64,000 bases of DNA from Pirellulales bacterium (GCA_028066355.1 JALCBP010000002.1:42253-106252); one strand, 5' to 3'; positions 37,913 to 48,395 are shown, counted from the stretch's first letter. Notes: generated by a model from the sequence alone, not told the origin. Translations and numbers: made by a program.

Positions 37913-39472
37913 GTGACAGTTCGAACTCGTTTTGCACCAAGCCCCACTGGCTTTCTTCACATCGGCGGTGTTCGCACCGCATTATTCAACTGGCTGTTTG
38001 CACAACGCCACGGCGGCCAGTTTATTTTGCGGATCGATGACACCGATGAAATCCGTAATCTGGAAGATGCTCTGGAACCAATTCTCAAGGGCCTTGAGTG
38101 GCTTGGGATTACGTGGGATGAGGGCCCAGGAGTCGGAGGCGATCACGGTCCATATTTTCAGTCCCAACGTGCCGACCGGTATGCAGCGGCGGCTGCACAA
38201 CTTCTTGACAAAGGCTTTGCCTATCGGGACTTTGCGACCCCGGAGGAACTTGATGCAGAACGCAAAGAAGCGCAAGCCGCGGGTCGTCCGTTCCTGTACA
38301 GCCGAAGATTCGCTGCCTTTGATGAAAAAACTGCTGCACAGTTTGAAGCGGAAGGGCGTCGAGCCGTTGTCCGGCTCAAAATGCCCAGGGAAGGAGATCT
38401 CGTCATCAATGACAAGGTGCGTGGCCAAGTCACCTTTGCCTGGGAACGAGAACAAGATCACGTTATACAACGGGCTGATGGATCGTGTCTTTATCACCTC
38501 GCAACGGTTGTTGATGATCATGACATGCAGATTAGTCATGTGATTCGGGCAGAAGAACATCTCTCCAATACACCTCGCCAAGCCTTTATCTATCAAAGCC
38601 TCGGCTACGCATTGCCAACTTTTGCGCACCTACCCCTTGTTGCAGAACCTGGGAGCCGAACAAAACTCAGCAAACGCAAACTTAGCAAATATCTCAAGAA
38701 TCGTGACTTTGCTCAGGTTAATGAGCACGGCATGAAGATAGCCAGCCAGATTGGTCTTAAACCAGAGTCTGACACATTCAACCCAGTTATTGTCGACTTC
38801 TATCGCGATGTTGGCTACTTACCATGGGCAATCGACAATTACCTGATGCTTCTTGGTTGGTCGCTGGATGATCACACAGAGTTCTTCACACGCAGTCAAC
38901 TCATGGAGAACTTTACACTCGATCGCGTGAATAGTTCACCAGCAAGTTTCGACCCAAAGAAGCTGTGGGCCGTTCAGGATCACTATATGCAGCAGCTCTC
39001 CACAGCCGAAAAGCTGGAGCTTATGATGCCATTTCTTATTCAGGCTGATCTGGTTTCCAAACCGATAACGGATGAGACGAAAGGCCTTGTTGCTCAGATC
39101 ATTGAAGCAGCAGGTGACCGCTTGAAGGTTGCTGGTGACATTCTGACGTATGCGACTTTTTTCCTGATTGAAGATTTGGTGTTAGATCCCTCAGCCGTGG
39201 CCAAACGATTGACGAAACCTGGAACTGCAGATTTGCTCACGCGTTTCATAGAACATGTGGAAGCAGCAGAGCCATTCCATCCTGAAACACTCGAATCTGC
39301 CCTTAAGTCTGTGGTTGAAGATGCAGGAAAAAAGGTTGGTGACCTAATCCATCCTGTCCGCGTGGCAGTAACAGGGACGACTGTCGGCCCTGGGCTCTAT
39401 GACTGCCTCGTCATCTTGGGTCGCAAAAAATCATTGGCTCGACTCCGTAACGCGCTTGAATTCTGTCAATAA
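37913..39472 (+). CDS. gltX: Glutamate--tRNA ligase
   Basis: 519 aa. GTG start with GGAGG upstream. RFAPSPTGFLHIGGVRTALFNW (HIGH motif) and KLSKRK (KMSKS motif). Confidence 0.94.
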   Translation: MTVRTRFAPSPTGFLHIGGVRTALFNWLFAQRHGGQFILRIDDTDEIRNLEDALEPILKGLEWLGITWDEGPGVGGDHGPYFQSQRADRYAAAAAQLLDKGFAYRDFATPEELDAERKEAQAAGRPFLYSRRFAAFDEKTAAQFEAEGRRAVVRLKMPREGDLVINDKVRGQVTFAWEREQDHVIQRADGSCLYHLATVVDDHDMQISHVIRAEEHLSNTPRQAFIYQSLGYALPTFAHLPLVAEPGSRTKLSKRKLSKYLKNRDFAQVNEHGMKIASQIGLKPESDTFNPVIVDFYRDVGYLPWAIDNYLMLLGWSLDDHTEFFTRSQLMENFTLDRVNSSPASFDPKKLWAVQDHYMQQLSTAEKLELMMPFLIQADLVSKPITDETKGLVAQIIEAAGDRLKVAGDILTYATFFLIEDLVLDPSAVAKRLTKPGTADLLTRFIEHVEAAEPFHPETLESALKSVVEDAGKKVGDLIHPVRVAVTGTTVGPGLYDCLVILGRKKSLARLRNALEFCQ

Positions 39473-39589
39473 CTAATTGCTCTAGTAGACGCGCGATACA
39501 GAGAACGGGTACAGTTCGGGTGCCATCTGGCTTGCTTAATTAAAAATCAGGCCTCTACACACAAATTTGACATTATTAAGGAGATTTGA

Positions 39590-40492
39590 ATGCCGCTGCT
39601 TGTCGTTGGAAGTGTAGCCTTTGATTGCGTCGAAACCCCAACAGACAAGCGAGATGATGTTCTCGGAGGCTCTGCTGTATTTTTCTCGTACGCAGCAAGT
39701 TTTTTCTCACCTGTTCGCATGATCGGAGCAGTGGGTGAAGACTGGCCCGCAGAGCATACTTCTATGCTTGAACAAAAAGGGATCGATACGTCAGGAATTC
39801 AGATAATCCCCGGAGGTAAGACATTCCGATGGCGAGGCCGATACCTGCCAAACATGAATGATCGCGAAACCATCGAAGTGCATTTAAATGTGCTTGATGA
39901 ATTTCAGCCAAAATTAGGAACATCCCATCAAGACTGCCGATTTCTTTTCCTCGGCAATGCCTCCCCTACGGTTCAACTCAACGTTCTCGAGCAAGCCAAG
40001 AATGCTGAATTAACTGTTGCGGACACCATGGATTTGTGGATCAACATTCAACGAGATGAACTTGGTGAACTACTGAAAAAAATTGATGGTCTTGTCCTCA
40101 ATGACGCCGAAGCAAAACTACTTGCAGAGGATGAAAACCTTGTCCGAGCAGGTCACACCATACGGAAAATGGGGCCAAAATTTGTCGTCATTAAGAAAGG
40201 TGAACATGGAGCCATGTTCTTTAGTGAGCATGAGATGTATGTCATGCCTGCCTTTCCGACTGAAAAAGTGCTCGACCCAACGGGCGCCGGGGATAGTTTT
40301 GCTGGAGGCATGATGGGGCATCTGGCCTCCATCGGCCGATTTGACCCTCAGGCATTGAAAGAGGCCCTTGCCTACGGCACTGTTACTGCCAGCTTTACTG
40401 TTGAAGACTTTAGTCTTGACCGACTTGAAAAGCTTGATCGCTCAATGGTCGACCAGCGATTCAAAGAGTACCAGCAAATGCTTAGCTTTTGA
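39590..40492 (+). CDS. PfkB-family carbohydrate kinase
   Basis: 300 aa. AAGGAG Shine-Dalgarno sequence. GGSA motif and C-terminal DPTGAGDSFAGG signature. Confidence 0.85.
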   Translation: MPLLVVGSVAFDCVETPTDKRDDVLGGSAVFFSYAASFFSPVRMIGAVGEDWPAEHTSMLEQKGIDTSGIQIIPGGKTFRWRGRYLPNMNDRETIEVHLNVLDEFQPKLGTSHQDCRFLFLGNASPTVQLNVLEQAKNAELTVADTMDLWINIQRDELGELLKKIDGLVLNDAEAKLLAEDENLVRAGHTIRKMGPKFVVIKKGEHGAMFFSEHEMYVMPAFPTEKVLDPTGAGDSFAGGMMGHLASIGRFDPQALKEALAYGTVTASFTVEDFSLDRLEKLDRSMVDQRFKEYQQMLSF

Positions 40493-40876
40493 CGATTCTG
40501 CGGCCGCACGACGGGAATCATGCCAACGCCAAGCTAGAATTCTCAGTTTTCCCACTTGCTAACCGAAGAATTTGCCGATACTATACGCATGTTCACCTTC
40601 TGCGAGCGGGGGTGATTGTGCGATGTGGTGTGTGCCCTTCGCTTGGTTGAGGCATGCGAATGCAAACCTAATTTGTTGCAAAGATTCAAAATTGACCTCT
40701 TATGGCGTAGCCGTTTTTTTGAGAATTGGTCACACTTTTGTCTCAATGCCTGTCGGATATGGTGGCATTTGCGCAAAAAGAATCGTTGAAAGGACTCGAT
40801 AATGATTAGCGCAGTAAAACAATCATCCAAGATATCATCTGGAACGTCATCAACAAAAGAAGGAGCATCAGCACGT

Positions 40877-41986
40877 ATGGCCAAGACAAAGCAAACGAAA
40901 GAGAAGGCCGTAGCATCAAAATCCAGTAGTCGTTCATCAAAAAAGAAAGATGCGGCAAATTCAGCTGATGCATTCATCGATAAGAACCCCGTACTCAAGA
41001 CAGCGGTTGCACAAATCGAAAAAGAGTTTGGCCAGGGCTCCATAATGCCGCTTGGTGCAGATTCAACGGTAACTGTTGCTGGTATTCCAAGCGGAAGCCT
41101 CTCCGTCGACTTAGCACTTGGTGGAAATGGATTTCCAAGAGGTCGTATTATCGAAGTCTTTGGTCCCGAGTCGAGTGGCAAAACCACTCTCGCACTTCAC
41201 GCCGTGGCGGCAGCCCAAGCAAACGGCGGTGTTGCGGCATTTATCGACGCGGAACACGCACTCGATCCGAGCTGGGCAAAGAAACTTGGCATAACCCTTG
41301 AAACACTGCTCGTCAGCCAGCCTACCAGTGGTGAAGAAGCGATGAATATCACGGAGTTACTTATTAAATCGAATGCGGTAGATGTCATTGTTGTTGATTC
41401 TGTTGCGGCCCTTGTACCTCAAAAAGAACTTGATGGAGAAATCGGTGATTCATTTGTGGGACTCCAGGCTCGACTGATGAGTCAAGCGATGCGGAAACTG
41501 ACAGGTGCAATCGCAAAAAGCAAAACATGCGTGATTTTTATTAATCAGATTCGAGAAAAAATTGGTGTCATGTTCGGCAGTCCAGAAACAACGCCGGGTG
41601 GACGAGCATTAAAGTTCTATTCATCATGTCGCATAGATGTCCGTCGAATTGGCGCACTCAAGGATGGTGAAAACGTTGTTGGGCAACGAGTCCGTGTGAA
41701 AGTTGTCAAAAACAAGGTTGCCCCACCGTTCCGAATTGCAGAATTTGACATGATGCATGCTGATGGCATCAGTGCAGAAGGCGATCTGCTTGATCTCGGC
41801 CTGGCTGCCAAGTTAATTGAAAAATCAGGAACGTGGATCCGCTATAACGACTCACACCTGGGGCAGGGGCGTGAAAAAGCACGTCTCTATCTCAAAGAAA
41901 ACCCAGATGTCGCCGAAGAAATCAGGCAGAAAATTATTGCAAGCCGAGAACCTCTCTTAGAAACCGAAAAGGAGGAGAAGGCGTAA
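40877..41986 (+). CDS. recA: Recombinase RecA (with Lys/Ser-rich N-terminal extension)
   Basis: The ORF is open from 40802, but the ATG at 40877 has GAAGGAG about 13 nt upstream. [12 protein letters not shown], Walker [10 protein letters not shown], and IVVDSVAAL. Confidence 0.95.
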   Translation: MAKTKQTKEKAVASKSSSRSSKKKDAANSADAFIDKNPVLKTAVAQIEKEFGQGSIMPLGADSTVTVAGIPSGSLSVDLALGGNGFPRGRIIEVFGPESSGKTTLALHAVAAAQANGGVAAFIDAEHALDPSWAKKLGITLETLLVSQPTSGEEAMNITELLIKSNAVDVIVVDSVAALVPQKELDGEIGDSFVGLQARLMSQAMRKLTGAIAKSKTCVIFINQIREKIGVMFGSPETTPGGRALKFYSSCRIDVRRIGALKDGENVVGQRVRVKVVKNKVAPPFRIAEFDMMHADGISAEGDLLDLGLAAKLIEKSGTWIRYNDSHLGQGREKARLYLKENPDVAEEIRQKIIASREPLLETEKEEKA

Positions 41987-42053
41987 CTCGGAACACTATT
42001 CCTGCTTTAGCCGCGATGTAGACACTTTCGTTGATAAGCCTTGCCGCATAACT

Positions 42054-42085
42054 CCCTCAGGAGACTCTAACTCCTGAGGGTTTTT
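42054..42085 (+). terminator. Rho-independent terminator downstream of recA
   Basis: CCCTCAGGAG-ACTCTAA-CTCCTGAGGG (10-bp perfect stem) followed by TTTTT. Confidence 0.9.
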
Positions 42086-42231
42086 GCATGGGAATACCTG
42101 ACTTCTGACGCCAAGTACTCACAGTGCGAGCCAGCACGCGAGCAAAAACGACTAGACTGTATCACTTGCTGAGAGCATGTATAGTGCGACATGTCACCGA
42201 CAATCCCGACACGTTCCGGAGCTAAAAACTG

Positions 42232-44868
42232 ATGAAGGCAGACGATCTTAGGGAAGCATATCTCGCCTTTTTTGAATCAAAAGGTTGCGTCCGCAGGCCG
42301 AGCGACGTGCTTGTTCCTCGATGGGATCCTTCCGTCTTATTTACACCAGCCGGCATGAATCAATTCAAGGATCATTTTCTTGGTAAATGCAAACTTGACT
42401 TCACACGAGCAACATCCTGCCAAAAGTGCTTAAGGACAGGAGACATTGAAAATGTTGGGCGAACACCACGGCACCACACCTTTTTCGAGATGCTGGGAAA
42501 CTTCAGCTTTGGAGACTATTTCAAACGTGAGGCAATATTGTGGGCCTGGGAATTCCTCACAAGCCGCGATTGGTTAAACATCACTCCTGAGCTCCTTTCA
42601 GTAACAGTTTATGAAGACGACTCCGAAGCATACTGCATCTGGTCTGATGAAATCGGAGTACCATCAAGTCGTATCACAAGAATGGGTGAAGCTGACAACT
42701 TCTGGCCTGCAAGTGCCCCTTCACAAGGTCCCGACGGCGTTTGCGGACCCTGCAGTGAAGTTTTCTACCGAATGCCCGATGGTAGTGAAGTTGAAATATG
42801 GAATCTGGTATTTACACAACACAACCGTATCGGCGATCCACCCGATAACCTTCGACCGCTTCCAAGCCGAAACATAGACACAGGCATGGGACTCGAACGC
42901 ACATGCGCGATGCTTCAGGGCGTTGACAGCAACTTTCACATCGATATTCTTCTTCCCATCGTTGAAACTGTTGCTGAGACCTGTAAGCAGAAGTATGTAT
43001 CCAGCGATGACAATGGCCGACGGATACGGCGGATTACCGACCATGTTCGAGCCTGCACATTTGCTATTCATGAAAATGTGCTGCCGGGGAACAATGAAGA
43101 AAAGTACGTTATCAAACGACTTTTAAGGAGGGCGGTACTTGATGGCTGGCAAATGGGCATGCGAGATCCATTCCTTCACAAACTCCCTCCAGCAGTCATA
43201 TCGCAAATGACACACTCGTATCCAGAGCTGGCTGAAACTGTTGATCATGTCACGAGCGTTATAAAACGTGAAGAAGAGTCGTTCCTGGCAACCATTGACG
43301 GTGGACTCACACGAATCAATAAACTGTTTGATGAAATTCAATCCTCCGGTGGTGGCTTGGTGGGGGGTGAGGATGCTGCAGAACTCTATACAACATATGG
43401 CTTCCCTCCAGAACTTCTTGAAACGCTGGCAGCTGAAAGGAATTGTGCTTTTGATTGGGACGGTTTTCGAGATGCCATGGAAGCACATGGAAAGAAGTCT
43501 GGAGCTGGGACTCGCGGGGAAGTATTTGCCTCCGGACCGCTTGATGCTTTAAAGAAAGCAATGCATGGCTCAGAATTCCTTGGATACGAATCCGTTAAGG
43601 TAAGCGGCAAACTTATTGGCATTATCGCGCAGAATCGGCTCTGTGAATCACTCACAGATTCAGACGCCATACCGACTCCTATGGAGCATAAACCAGATCA
43701 ACTCATCACACTCATTCTAGACAAAACCTGCTTCTATGGTGAATCCGGAGGACAGGTGGGCGACACTGGTTGGATTGAAGGACCAAATGGAAAATTCGAA
43801 GTTTTCAACACACAACGAGAAGGTGATTTTTTTCTACACTGTGGTGTCCTGAGAGAAGGCTCGATCGATCTTGGACAAGAGGTCAACGCTCATGTAGACG
43901 AATGTAGACGCCAAGCTATTCGTCGAGCCCACACGGCGACCCATCTTGTCCACGCTGCATTACAGCATTTCCTGGGCTCACACGCGGTACAGCAAGGATC
44001 CAAAGTTGACGCTGACCTGCTCCGATTTGATTTCAGTCATGCTTCGCCTGTTGGCAACGAAACACTCCAAGATATCGAAGCTATGGTGAATGAGGGTACC
44101 TCGGAAGCAGTAGCAGTATCAGCTAACCTTTTGCCGCTGGAAGAAGCTCGGCACGCTGGAGCTATGATGCTTTTTGGCGAGAAGTACCCGGATGTTGTCC
44201 GCATGGTTTCTATAGACGGAATCAGTAAGGAACTCTGCGGAGGAACACATGTTGACAATACTGGTGAAATCGGCCTTGTAAAAATCATTCATGAAGAAAG
44301 TGTTTCGGCCGGCACACGACGAGTCGTAGCAATAACAGGACGCCGAGCTCTTGAACGGTTCCAACAGGCCGAAGCCACTCTTACAGACTTAGCAAACACG
44401 CTTAAGGTGCCAGTACCCGACCTTCCGAGCCGTCTCAACTCGTTAACCAAAGAACTCAAGGCCCTCAAACGCCAAGCTGCCACAAATAAACCTGATATTT
44501 CCATTGACGAGCTACTGAACTCCGCTGAGGAAGTCGATGGTGTTCGAATCGTGATAGCGGATACAAAAGGATGTGATGCAGCAGCGATGCGACAATGCAT
44601 TGACCAACTCCGACGAAAGGCTAGTCCTATCGCCGTCCTTCTTGGGAGCACTGATAATGGAAAAGTCACGCTCGTGGCAGGGATTAGTCGTGAAGTGGAG
44701 TCAAAGGGAGTTTCAGCAGGCTCATGGATACGCGAACCGGCCTCTCTCGTGGGGGGCCGTGGTGGTGGACGTCCTGATCTAGCGCAGGCTGGAGGCAAAC
44801 TTTCAGCAAAGCTACCCGAGGCGCTCGCTCGTGCTAAGCAGGAAATACGAAACTACCTCAAAAGCTAA
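42232..44868 (+). CDS. alaS: Alanine--tRNA ligase
   Basis: 878 aa. FFESKGC..., FTPAGMNQFK, GNFSFGDYFK, editing-domain HTATHLVHAAL, and C-terminal DHHA1-like GGRGGGRPDLAQAGG. Confidence 0.96.
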   Translation: MKADDLREAYLAFFESKGCVRRPSDVLVPRWDPSVLFTPAGMNQFKDHFLGKCKLDFTRATSCQKCLRTGDIENVGRTPRHHTFFEMLGNFSFGDYFKREAILWAWEFLTSRDWLNITPELLSVTVYEDDSEAYCIWSDEIGVPSSRITRMGEADNFWPASAPSQGPDGVCGPCSEVFYRMPDGSEVEIWNLVFTQHNRIGDPPDNLRPLPSRNIDTGMGLERTCAMLQGVDSNFHIDILLPIVETVAETCKQKYVSSDDNGRRIRRITDHVRACTFAIHENVLPGNNEEKYVIKRLLRRAVLDGWQMGMRDPFLHKLPPAVISQMTHSYPELAETVDHVTSVIKREEESFLATIDGGLTRINKLFDEIQSSGGGLVGGEDAAELYTTYGFPPELLETLAAERNCAFDWDGFRDAMEAHGKKSGAGTRGEVFASGPLDALKKAMHGSEFLGYESVKVSGKLIGIIAQNRLCESLTDSDAIPTPMEHKPDQLITLILDKTCFYGESGGQVGDTGWIEGPNGKFEVFNTQREGDFFLHCGVLREGSIDLGQEVNAHVDECRRQAIRRAHTATHLVHAALQHFLGSHAVQQGSKVDADLLRFDFSHASPVGNETLQDIEAMVNEGTSEAVAVSANLLPLEEARHAGAMMLFGEKYPDVVRMVSIDGISKELCGGTHVDNTGEIGLVKIIHEESVSAGTRRVVAITGRRALERFQQAEATLTDLANTLKVPVPDLPSRLNSLTKELKALKRQAATNKPDISIDELLNSAEEVDGVRIVIADTKGCDAAAMRQCIDQLRRKASPIAVLLGSTDNGKVTLVAGISREVESKGVSAGSWIREPASLVGGRGGGRPDLAQAGGKLSAKLPEALARAKQEIRNYLKS

Positions 44869-44917
44869 GAGAGCTCCTGACCCTACAACGCATCCAGACT
44901 GCTGAGCAGCCCAAATT

Positions 44918-45448
44918 CTACTCCAGCAACTTTTCCACGGCTGCAATTGCCGAATCATAGTCTGGCTCTTCTGCAACCTCTGGAACTACTTGGGCATACT
45001 GAATAACACCATCGCTATCGAGAATAAAAACTGCCCTCGCAAGAATTTTCAACTCATCGATGAGCACACCCCAGTCTTTTCCGAAACTACGATCCATGTA
45101 GTCACTTCCATTTTTCATTGATTCAATCGCTTCCGCGCCACAGAAACGATTCATCGCAAACGGCAGGTCAAGGCTGACAGTCAAAGCAGAAACCTTGTCA
45201 CCTAGCGAGGCCACTCGTGCATTGAAAGTTTTTGTTTGAACCTGACAGACTGGCGTGTCGAGGGAGGGGACAACACTCACAATAAGTGGCTTTCCCAAGA
45301 AATCGTCTCGTTTGACATGCTGCATGCCATCTGGGCCATAACAATGAAGATCAAAATTCGGGGCCTTCGCTCCAGGCGCTAATTCATCGCCAACAAGTGT
45401 TAACGGATTGCCTTTAAAAGTAACTGCGCCAGAGCGATGGTTCGTCAT
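44918..45448 (-). CDS. tpx: Thiol peroxidase (Tpx, atypical 2-Cys peroxiredoxin)
   Basis: 176 aa. AAGGAG Shine-Dalgarno sequence. SVVPSLDTPVCQ peroxidatic Cys context and resolving Cys in NRFCGA. Confidence 0.9.
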   Translation of the reverse strand: MTNHRSGAVTFKGNPLTLVGDELAPGAKAPNFDLHCYGPDGMQHVKRDDFLGKPLIVSVVPSLDTPVCQVQTKTFNARVASLGDKVSALTVSLDLPFAMNRFCGAEAIESMKNGSDYMDRSFGKDWGVLIDELKILARAVFILDSDGVIQYAQVVPEVAEEPDYDSAIAAVEKLLE

Positions 45449-45624
45449 AGAGGACTCCTTAAGCTAAATTGAAGATTGTTGGGACCTGAGTTTGAAGTAT
45501 TGTCAGACATAGCCACGACACAACCCCACTCGGTAAACTAACGGGTGTTTCAGCATCGGCCGGCTATCGAGGTCGTATTTACACAAGCTTTCCACACTTC
45601 AACTTAACAAAGACAAACACTTCA

Positions 45625-45798
45625 GTGCTGCGACTTATCGGACAATCTGGCCAACGTCTTGGATTAATTCTTCCGGCATTTGCAATTATTCTTGAGCTCA
45701 ACCATACAATTAGTCTCGGACAAATGCTGATAATGCTAGTTGCCTCCATTTGTCTTTTTGGAATCGGTCGAATTTTAGAGGGCTACGGACAAACATAG
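45625..45798 (+). CDS. Possible small two-helix membrane protein (57 aa, GTG start)
   Basis: My own translation: VLRLIGQSGQRLGLILPAFAIILELNHTISLGQMLIMLVASICLFGIGRILEGYGQT*. No clear Shine-Dalgarno sequence. It is below the ORF-track length cut-off. Confidence 0.25.
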   Translation: MLRLIGQSGQRLGLILPAFAIILELNHTISLGQMLIMLVASICLFGIGRILEGYGQT

Positions 45799-45886
45799 AC
45801 CAAAGCCTTCTCGCAGCTAAGTGGCAATCGGTTCTACTGCCTACAACACTAACGCCCCCCTTCGCAACCCACTTTTGAAAACGCTC

Positions 45887-46885
45887 ATGCTCACCCCACT
45901 TATTTTTAAACCGCTCTACCGCCACTACCTCTGGGGTGGCCGCCGTTTCGAAAGCTTGTTGGGACGCGAATTAAAACAGCCTGGACCCTACGCTGAGTCG
46001 TGGGAAATTGTCGATCACGGAAGCGACCAGAGTATTGTTCGCTACGGTCCTCTTACTGGAAAAAGTCTTGGTGAGTTAATGCGCGAGGACCCAAAAGGTC
46101 TGGCCGGTATTTCCACACCAAGCACGTTCCCGCTTTTGTTCAAATTTCTTGATGCGAATAAAGTACTCTCTGTACAAGTACACCCCAACGATGAAGAAGC
46201 CTCGCGGAGGACACCACCAGATCGGGGCAAAACCGAAGCCTGGTATGTTGTTGAAGCCGAACCAGGGAGCAAAATCTACGCTGGGCTGCGGAACGGCATC
46301 GATGAACCTGCCCTACGGAAAGCAATCACTGCAGGGACATGTGAAGACGTGCTCCATGTCATAGAACCCAGAGCAGGCGACTGCATATATATCCCCGCTG
46401 GCACTGTTCACGCCATAGGGGCCGGTCTCGTCATTGCTGAGATTCAACAGGCAAGTGACGTTACCTTTCGTTTGTTCGATTGGAACCGTGTCGATAAAAA
46501 CAACAAACCAAGAGCTCTCCACCTCGACGAAGGAATCGAGGCAACTCGCTTTTTGGGACCAATCAGGCTAGCTTCCAAAAAATCGACGAATGACCCAGCT
46601 GTTCGGCGACTTGTTGAATGTTCCTACTTCTCTTTTGATGAGGTCTATCCGGGCACATCGTGGATGACGGATGGAAATTGTTGCGAGATGATCGCAGTAC
46701 TAGCCGGTGAATTGAAACTTCCCTCTAACTGGAATCTTCCAACCCTCAAAAAAGGTGACTGCGTTCTCTTTCCTGCAGAACTTCAACCGCAGAGCCTTTT
46801 GTGCCAATCGGTTAATCATGAGAATCCTCACCTTCTTCGAATTACTGTTCCACCAAAACAAGGTGGGGCAGAAAAAAATGCCTAA
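45887..46885 (+). CDS. manA: Class I mannose-6-phosphate isomerase
   Basis: ATG at 45887 (MLTPLIFKPLYRHYLWGG). The ORF is open from 45821. SVQVHPND, GKTEAWYV and AGTVHAIG motifs of type I PMI. Confidence 0.85.
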   Translation: MLTPLIFKPLYRHYLWGGRRFESLLGRELKQPGPYAESWEIVDHGSDQSIVRYGPLTGKSLGELMREDPKGLAGISTPSTFPLLFKFLDANKVLSVQVHPNDEEASRRTPPDRGKTEAWYVVEAEPGSKIYAGLRNGIDEPALRKAITAGTCEDVLHVIEPRAGDCIYIPAGTVHAIGAGLVIAEIQQASDVTFRLFDWNRVDKNNKPRALHLDEGIEATRFLGPIRLASKKSTNDPAVRRLVECSYFSFDEVYPGTSWMTDGNCCEMIAVLAGELKLPSNWNLPTLKKGDCVLFPAELQPQSLLCQSVNHENPHLLRITVPPKQGGAEKNA

Positions 46886-46987
46886 ATTAAATCGGGAATG
46901 TCTGTTTTTCGACCTTGGGAAAATCTGAAGACCTCCCTAGACTCTCAGCTCGTTTCGAGTTGTATTTGGTTTTCGGAGTGAGCACAC

Positions 46988-47245
46988 ATGCACATTACCC
47001 GCGTAGTCGTCGTAATTTGCTGTTTTGGATGCACAGGCTGTACCTCACTCGGACGGCCCGACTGGGTTCAACCCGGCCCAGCCGTTAAGCAGCAGCGACG
47101 CGCAGTTCGTTTCGACCCATATTTGCAAGACGATATTGCACCGTCTGTTTTGAGGTTGCCCCTGATGGATGGAGCTCGGCCGCGTGATTTTGCGGATCCG
47201 GTGCCCGAAGTAACGCGATCTCGCTGGTGGGCGCCCATTCGATAG
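46988..47245 (+). CDS. Small putative lipoprotein
   Basis: 85 aa. GGAG lies 9 nt upstream. Signal VVVVICCFGCTGC with lipobox-like Cys residues. Confidence 0.5.
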   Translation: MHITRVVVVICCFGCTGCTSLGRPDWVQPGPAVKQQRRAVRFDPYLQDDIAPSVLRLPLMDGARPRDFADPVPEVTRSRWWAPIR

Positions 47246-47295
47246 CACAATGATGTATCCTTGAGGGATCACTATCGCCCCTGGAATCTCATCCT

Positions 47296-48333
47296 GTGCC
47301 TCCATCCCCCCGTAACCAATCAAAAGCCGCAAGGCAGACATCTCGAAGCCCTCTGGCAAGAAAAGTGGCTCCACAGCCTGACTCGGGTCGACCACGATAC
47401 GGAAAGACTTCACGCATTGTTCTTGATGACGATGGTCTTGAGAGACTTCAAAAAGTTCTTGCAGCGGCGGGTCTGGGCAGTCGTCGCTCATGTGAGGAAC
47501 TCATTACGGCCGGTCGAGTCGAGGTTGATCGCAAGATTGTTACAACCCTGGGCAGCAAGGTTGATCCGGCCCGCCAGCAAATCCTGGTTGATGGAGAACG
47601 ATTACCGAACCCACGACGTATCGTCTACCTTCTCAATAAACCTGTCGGGGTTGTGACAACCAATTACGATCCGTCAGGCCGACCACGAGTAATTGACCTG
47701 GTGCCAGCAGATCAACGACTGTTTCCCATCGGTCGCCTGGATCGCGCGAGTGAGGGCCTAATCTTGGTGACAAATGACGGCGAACTTGGCAATCTTCTCA
47801 CTCATCCACGATATGGAGTCGAAAAGAAATACCTCGTTCAAATCGCAGGCATCCCAACAGCAGAGACTGTCGAATCACTACGACAGGGGATTCACCTCGC
47901 AGAAGCAACTGCGTCAGCGAAAAGAGTCACCGTCCGTTCACAACACAAACAGAGCACCGTACTGGAGATGGTACTCGACGAGGGTCGTAATCGAGAAATC
48001 CGAAGAATGCTTGCATCTCTTGGCCATAAGGTTCAGCAACTGAAACGCATAGCAGTCGGTGACTTAACCCTTGGAAATCTTCTACCTGGCCAATGGCGTC
48101 AACTGACGTGGGAGGAGATCGAGCAATTACGGAAATCTGCAACTGCTGCCATCGGTAATATCCGTACACGCGCATCACGCGCGAATGCACCAAAAAGGTC
48201 ATATGGTGGTAGATCAAAAACAAACCGTGCGAGTTCCATGAGCCAGGATGGCCGTCGATCGGTCGAACAAGGTGGAAAACGACGGCCGAAACGCCCCGGC
48301 AAAGCATCGTCTTGGAGAAAGCGTACTCGCTAA
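47296..48333 (+). CDS. rluB: 23S rRNA pseudouridine synthase, RluB/RsuA family
   Basis: 345 aa with a GTG start. S4 domain (RLQKVLAAAGLGSRRSCEELITAGRV), catalytic RLDRASEGLILVTNDGEL, and Arg/Lys-rich N- and C-terminal tails. Confidence 0.88.
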   Translation: MPPSPRNQSKAARQTSRSPLARKVAPQPDSGRPRYGKTSRIVLDDDGLERLQKVLAAAGLGSRRSCEELITAGRVEVDRKIVTTLGSKVDPARQQILVDGERLPNPRRIVYLLNKPVGVVTTNYDPSGRPRVIDLVPADQRLFPIGRLDRASEGLILVTNDGELGNLLTHPRYGVEKKYLVQIAGIPTAETVESLRQGIHLAEATASAKRVTVRSQHKQSTVLEMVLDEGRNREIRRMLASLGHKVQQLKRIAVGDLTLGNLLPGQWRQLTWEEIEQLRKSATAAIGNIRTRASRANAPKRSYGGRSKTNRASSMSQDGRRSVEQGGKRRPKRPGKASSWRKRTR

Positions 48334-48395
48334 AAAACAATCGGTTACAATCATGTTCCCAACATTTTGAATGCATAAGTAACCACAGAGCATTA

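Noticed and set aside
37932-38629. Three frames are open at once over the 5' half of gltX: the gltX frame, a 203-aa ORF in a second plus frame, and a 215-aa antisense ORF. This recalls sense/antisense aaRS coding ideas.
   Set aside because: The antisense ORF is exactly codon-registered with gltX. In that register, antisense stops arise only from sense TTA, CTA or TCA codons, which this gene happens to avoid. The alternative translations are compositionally odd, lack Shine-Dalgarno sequences, and show no motifs. A few ORFs of this length are expected by chance in 64 kb across six frames.
40543-41187. A 214-aa minus-strand ORF spans the recA upstream region and the recA 5' end.
   Set aside because: It has no ribosome-binding site and its sequence is low-complexity (Ser/Phe/Ala/Pro-rich). 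It runs antisense to a highly conserved gene. It is most simply a chance open frame.
44289-44798. Long antisense or alternate-frame ORFs lie inside well-supported genes: alaS 44289-44798, trpE 58035-58505, TPR gene 50163-50612, purC 16779-17240, lipoprotein gene 26947-27411, and imuB 22198-22749.
   Set aside because: All are Ser/Arg/Pro/Ala-rich, as expected for shadows of codon-biased genes. None has start-site signals or recognisable motifs. Each overlaps a gene whose product is clearly identified.
45710-45925. A 71-aa minus-strand ORF in the tpx-manA gap.
   Set aside because: It overlaps the manA 5' end, has no Shine-Dalgarno sequence, and has basic low-complexity composition.
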